From the NCBI RefSeq assembly GCF_004010195.1, contig NC_057750.1, forward strand, positions 7,947,384 through 7,967,383: a stretch of 20,000 nt of DNA. Reading direction: 5' to 3'. The DNA comes from Chiloscyllium plagiosum. Its lineage: Eukaryota. Position 1 is the first letter of the stretch. Every line of letters begins with the position of its first letter. Below are positions 18,066 through 20,000 of this stretch, piece after piece. The position numbers were made by a program, and so were the translations under genes. The notes beneath the pieces are model-generated. The model worked only from the letters and a program-made list of their open reading frames with translations. It did not search any database and was not told the DNA's origin.

Positions 18066-18984
18066 CCTATACGTTGCTTGCATATAAATTCAATGAATCC
18101 AACAAGGAACTGAAAGCTAGTCTCGTGGTGGTAACTAACTCATGTCAATTGTTGTAAAAATCTGCATGGACCACTGATTCCCTCGAGGAAAGGAAATCTA
18201 GCATCCTTGCCCAGTCTTGTCTCCATGTGACTCGTACTTAATGAGCTCTGGCAATTGAGGATGGTTACCAACTGCTGGTCTTGCCAGTGATGTCCAAATC
18301 CAGGACCGAAGAAAGAAATAGTTGGATTGGAAGTATAATCACTCTGGTGCTATTCCCTAACACACGTGTGATTAGAGTGAACAGTACCAGATTGGGATTA
18401 AACGCCAGCACAGGCTAGATGGCCCAAATGCCCTGGTTCTCTTGTGGAACAGACTGCGTGTTGTAAACGCCAAGATGGCCGTCAAAAATGGCCACCACAA
18501 GCGGATGGTACCGGTGCCTCTTGGCCCATCCTGTGATTGGCCCATCCCATTCCCATTTCTGTGAATCAGAAATAAGGTTGTTCAGGGATCACCAGGAGTT
18601 GTCCCTGGCTGGGATAAGGAGGACAACAGGGATAACGTCAAGAAGGATCGATGTCGCAGTGGGGGGTTGGGGTGTTGTTCAAAATGCAAAGAAGGAAGCT
18701 GAGGAGAATGCACAAAAGGAGGTGAGGAAATTAACAGTGGGCAATGAAACCCAAAGTCAAGAAATAACATGTTGCAAGTGCAAAAATCTGAATATTTTCA
18801 GAGCCATGCCATCTTTCTGAACAGAGCTGCGCCCATGAGAAGACAATGTCTGTCCTGTAGCCAGGCTCGTTTTCAACAGAGAATATTTCAGATCGATTGT
18901 TATTCCAAATTAATGCAACAGCAAAATACTGTAAATGCTTTATTTCACTTGAATTAAACGTTTGTCATTTTCAGTTGAATTTAA

Positions 18985-19800
18985 CATTTAAGAATATAAG
19001 GACTAGGAGCAGGAGTAGGCCCTCTGGTCCCTCCAGCCTCCTCCATCATTCAATAAGATCATGGCCGATCATTATCATGGACTCAGCTCCATTTACCCAC
19101 CCGCTCACCATGATCCTTAATCCCTTTACTGTTCAAAAAATTATCTATCTTAGCTTTAAAACTGAGGAAATCTCAACCACTTCCCCGGCTTTTCACAAGA
19201 TTCACAACCTTCGAGTGAAAAAATTCTTTCTCAATTCAGTCCTAAATCAACTCCCCCTAATTTTGAGACTATGCCCTCTTGTCTTAGTTTCACCCACCAG
19301 TGGAAACATCCTCTCGGCTTCCATCTTATCTATTCCCTTCATAATTTTATGTGTTTCTGAAAGATCCCCCCTCATTCTTCTAAATTCCAATGAATATGAT
19401 CTCAGTCTACTCAAACCACAACTCCAGAGTGAACCTCCTCTGTACACCCTCCAGTGCCAGTACATCCTTTCTCAAGTGAAGAGACCAAAACTGCACACAG
19501 TAATCCAAATGTGGCCTCACCAGCTCCCGCTACAGCTGCAACATAACCTCCCTGTTTTTAAACTCAATCCCTTTAGCAATGAAGGACAAAATTTCCGTTT
19601 GTCTTCTTAATTACCTGTTGCACCTGCAAACCAACCTTTTCTGATTCATGCACAAGGACACCCAGATTGTTCTGCATACTTACTATTCAAGTGATAGTCC
19701 TTTTTACTGGTACTTCTCCTGAAATGGATGACTTCACATTTACTAACATTGCACTCCATCTGCCAGAACTTTGCCCACTCACTGAAACTATCTATGTCCT
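18985..19800 (-). mobile_element. CR1 LINE (different subfamily), 3' part with deletions
   Basis: QDIDSFSEWAKFWQMECNVSKCEVIHF and SLEFRRMRGDLSETHKIMKG..GETKTRGHSLKIRG. Tail CCTACTCCTGCTCCTAGTCCTTATATTCTT on the minus strand. Confidence 0.92.
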
Positions 19801-19836
19801 GCTGTGGTTCTGTTCGCCGAGCTGGAAGTTTTTGTT

Positions 19837-19873
19837 GCAAACGTTTCTTCCCCTGTCTAGGTGACATCCTCAG
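19837..19873 (-). ncRNA. PLE-type minimal hammerhead ribozyme core (stem II base mismatched)
   Basis: CTGAGGA-T-GTCACC TAGACA GGGGAA-GAAACGTTT with palindromic AAACGTTT. The base before GAAA is A where C would close stem II. Confidence 0.55.
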
Positions 19874-20000
19874 TGCTTGGGAGCCTCCTTGGAAGCGCTT
19901 CTGTGGTGTTTCCTCCGGCATTTATAGTGGCCTGTCCCTGCCGCTTCCGGTTGTCAGTTTCAGCTGTCCGCTGTAGTGGCCGGTATATTGGGTCCAGGTC
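19857..20000 (-). CDS. Partial PLE ORF C-terminus (open at window edge; integrity unknown)
   Basis: 47 open codons DLDPIYRPLQRTAETDNRKRQGQATINAGGNTTEALPRRLPSTEDVT, then TAG at 19859-19857. Not in the ORF track because it is short and has no start in the window. Confidence 0.55.
   Translation of the reverse strand, partial: DLDPIYRPLQRTAETDNRKRQGQATINAGGNTTEALPRRLPSTEDVT

Larger units (their letters stand above)
17598..18320 (+). mobile_element. tRNA-derived SINE related to 3267-3612, split by HE1
   Basis: Head TGGTGTAGTGGTAATATCACTGGATTAATAATCCAG. Resumes near 18080 with GAAAGGAAATCT..CATCCTT..GGCAATTGAGGATGG..GCCAGTGATGTCC. Confidence 0.6.
19801..20000 (-). mobile_element. Penelope-like retroelement 3' end (ORF C-terminus and pseudo-LTR), continues beyond window
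   Basis: Minus frame from 20000 reads DLDPIYRPL, resembling the segment that follows the GIY-YIG endonuclease in PLE ORFs. TATAAA and a hammerhead core lie downstream. CpG-rich. Confidence 0.75.

Noticed and set aside
18897..19610. Longest ORF (237 aa, + strand) as a host gene
   Set aside because: It lies antisense to a CR1 ORF2 remnant, starts at a non-ATG codon and has no recognisable domain.

Overview
This is non-coding vertebrate DNA, inferred from its repeat families to be a cartilaginous fish (shark): HE1/V-SINEs with (TAATC)n tails, HER1/CR1 LINEs and SacSINE1-like DeuSINEs. Well over half of the window is transposon debris: CR1, an older CR1/L2-group LINE, Tx1, RTE, Rex/Babar, one LTR, and the 3' end of a Penelope-like element (PLE) at the right edge. 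It also holds a TG-rich tract with a 100-N scaffold gap. No host protein-coding gene can be supported; the long ORFs are transposon remnants or their antisense frames. The most notable signal is seven short (100-220 bp), often palindromic insertions from about four families. They carry intact or decayed minimal hammerhead-ribozyme cores (CTGATGA..GAAAC), and several have 10-16 bp target-site duplications (TSDs). The PLE fragment's own ORF stops inside its hammerhead. Local repair footprints are also visible: a 142-bp inverted copy of a Tx1/CR1 junction, a 31-bp templated insertion in a palindrome centre, and deletions of palindrome arms. Family names come from recognition of sequence motifs, not from a database search, and boundaries of old repeats are approximate.
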